From assembly GCA_002104905.1 (NCBI GenBank), contig MCFE01000092.1, positions 111,584 to 175,583 of the forward strand: a stretch of DNA of 64,000 nt. The letters are read 5' to 3'. Source of the DNA: Basidiobolus meristosporus CBS 931.73 (lineage: Eukaryota; Fungi; Basidiobolomycota). A model generated the notes under the pieces. The model was not told the origin of the DNA and did not search any database. It saw only the letters and a list, made by a program, of their open reading frames with translations. A program made the translations under genes and the position numbers. Of the stretch, positions 63,167 to 64,000 are shown in pieces (the first letter of the stretch is position 1; each line of letters starts with the position of its first letter).

Positions 63167-63245
63167 AAGGTGATTTAATGGATGGATGGATGGATTCGGA
63201 GTCAGATTCAATCAAAAAATCAAATGTTGACTAATTTAAAGAGGA

Positions 63246-64000
63246 GGGTTAGGGGGGAGACAGTCACCAACAGGTGAAATCTTTATTTCAGTTGAAACAA
63301 AGAAGCCAGCGCTACTGTTGTAGCTTTGATACAAGAGTGTGTAGCTGAGGGGAATTTGTAGGTAAGTTAATAAGAAGTGATGATAGTTCTTCAGTGCTCA
63401 AGACACTGTTCAGTGGGAAGGGGGGTAGCAAGAGAGGTAAGAATGACTTGTGAACAACATTAATGAGGGGAATGTGATAAGGATTGATATTCATCATAAA
63501 GGGAGTGTGCTGCTGCAGATATTGCTGCCAAAGGTCTGTCAAGTACTTCAGGTAGGCCAGCTTGGGTTTTTCTGACTGCAGAATATATTCAGCAAACTTC
63601 TTGACTTCAGGATCTCCAAGTATAGTTCTCCAGCAGGAGCCAGGTGTTGTGTGGTGTGTTCTCTTCCAGGCCTTAATCAGTGGGTTGTTGCAGTTGTGAA
63701 GTCTGAGGTATAATCTGGTTCTAAGGTAGAGAAGTCTGATCTTATAGGGCATAAACCCAAAAGCACCAAGAATAGCATGTCTGTAGGGGCATTCAGGCAA
63801 ATGAGGCACCAAGGAGGTAATGCACCATACTGCAAACTTGTCAAGCTTAGTGCAGTCTCTAGAAGTAAGAGAGAGAAGTGGTAAGCCAAATTCCAGGACA
63901 GGGAAGACAAACTGCTTGAGTAGAAGGAGGCAGCTGGGAGCTGAAGTTGTAGGAGGAGTAACAGCCAGTAGCTTGTGGAGTGCCTGTCTTGCCAGGATAA
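63246..64000 (-). mobile_element. Same LINE, copy 2 (3' end of ORF2 and 3'UTR), head-to-tail; runs off the window
   Basis: About 99% identical to 58675-59429 (7 substitutions counted by eye), with the same GGGTTAGGGGGGAGAC terminus. Confidence 0.93.

Larger units (their letters stand above)
58675..63245 (-). mobile_element. Non-LTR retrotransposon (LINE), copy 1, 4,571-bp unit; ORF1 + APE-RT ORF2; 3' end CCCCCCTAACCC with no poly(A)
   Basis: The unit is defined by sequence identity restarting at 63246 (offset 4,571; ORF2 stops at 58741 and 63312). RT and APE motifs are listed under the ORF2 feature. Confidence 0.92.

Noticed and set aside
58675-64000. Tandem unit as an assembly duplication, or as a Penelope-like/RLE/Y'-type telomeric element
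   Set aside because: The copies differ at mostly silent sites. The protein has APE motifs and a canonical non-LTR RT, with no GIY-YIG, RLE or helicase motifs seen.

Overview
Eukaryotic, intron-rich, gene-dense fungal DNA with introns of about 50-90 nt, GT..AG ends and CTAAC/CTGAC branch points. An early-diverging fungus is my inference; it was not checked. Bases 1 to ~54,600 hold ordinary housekeeping genes: REI1, TOR, COG5, CDC45, HSP10/HSP60, epsin, RPN14, JAC1, COA1, transportin, an L-type lectin, a PH-domain protein, a SIVA-like zinc finger missed by the ORF track, PTH1, TAF8, SUMO, BCP1, GTR2, PRO1, HAT1, PanB, TPA1, ATP2/ATP16 and an FAD monooxygenase. A frameshifted S9 peptidase follows, then CpG-depleted relic DNA, two copia LTR copies and a copia RNase H fragment cut off at a TTAGGG-like junction. 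From ~58,675 to the window end lies a head-to-tail array of a 4,571-bp non-LTR retrotransposon (ORF1 + APE endonuclease/RT). It ends in CCCTAACCC instead of poly(A) and has a telomere-repeat tract and a strong splice acceptor in its 5' region. ORF1 and an AUG-less ORF2 share one frame and are separated by a single UGA-CUA stop, and I found no CpG in 4.3 kb of intact coding sequence. This candidate telomere-attaching, readthrough-expressed, CpG-free LINE is the main discovery candidate. All counts were done by eye, and no database searches were run.
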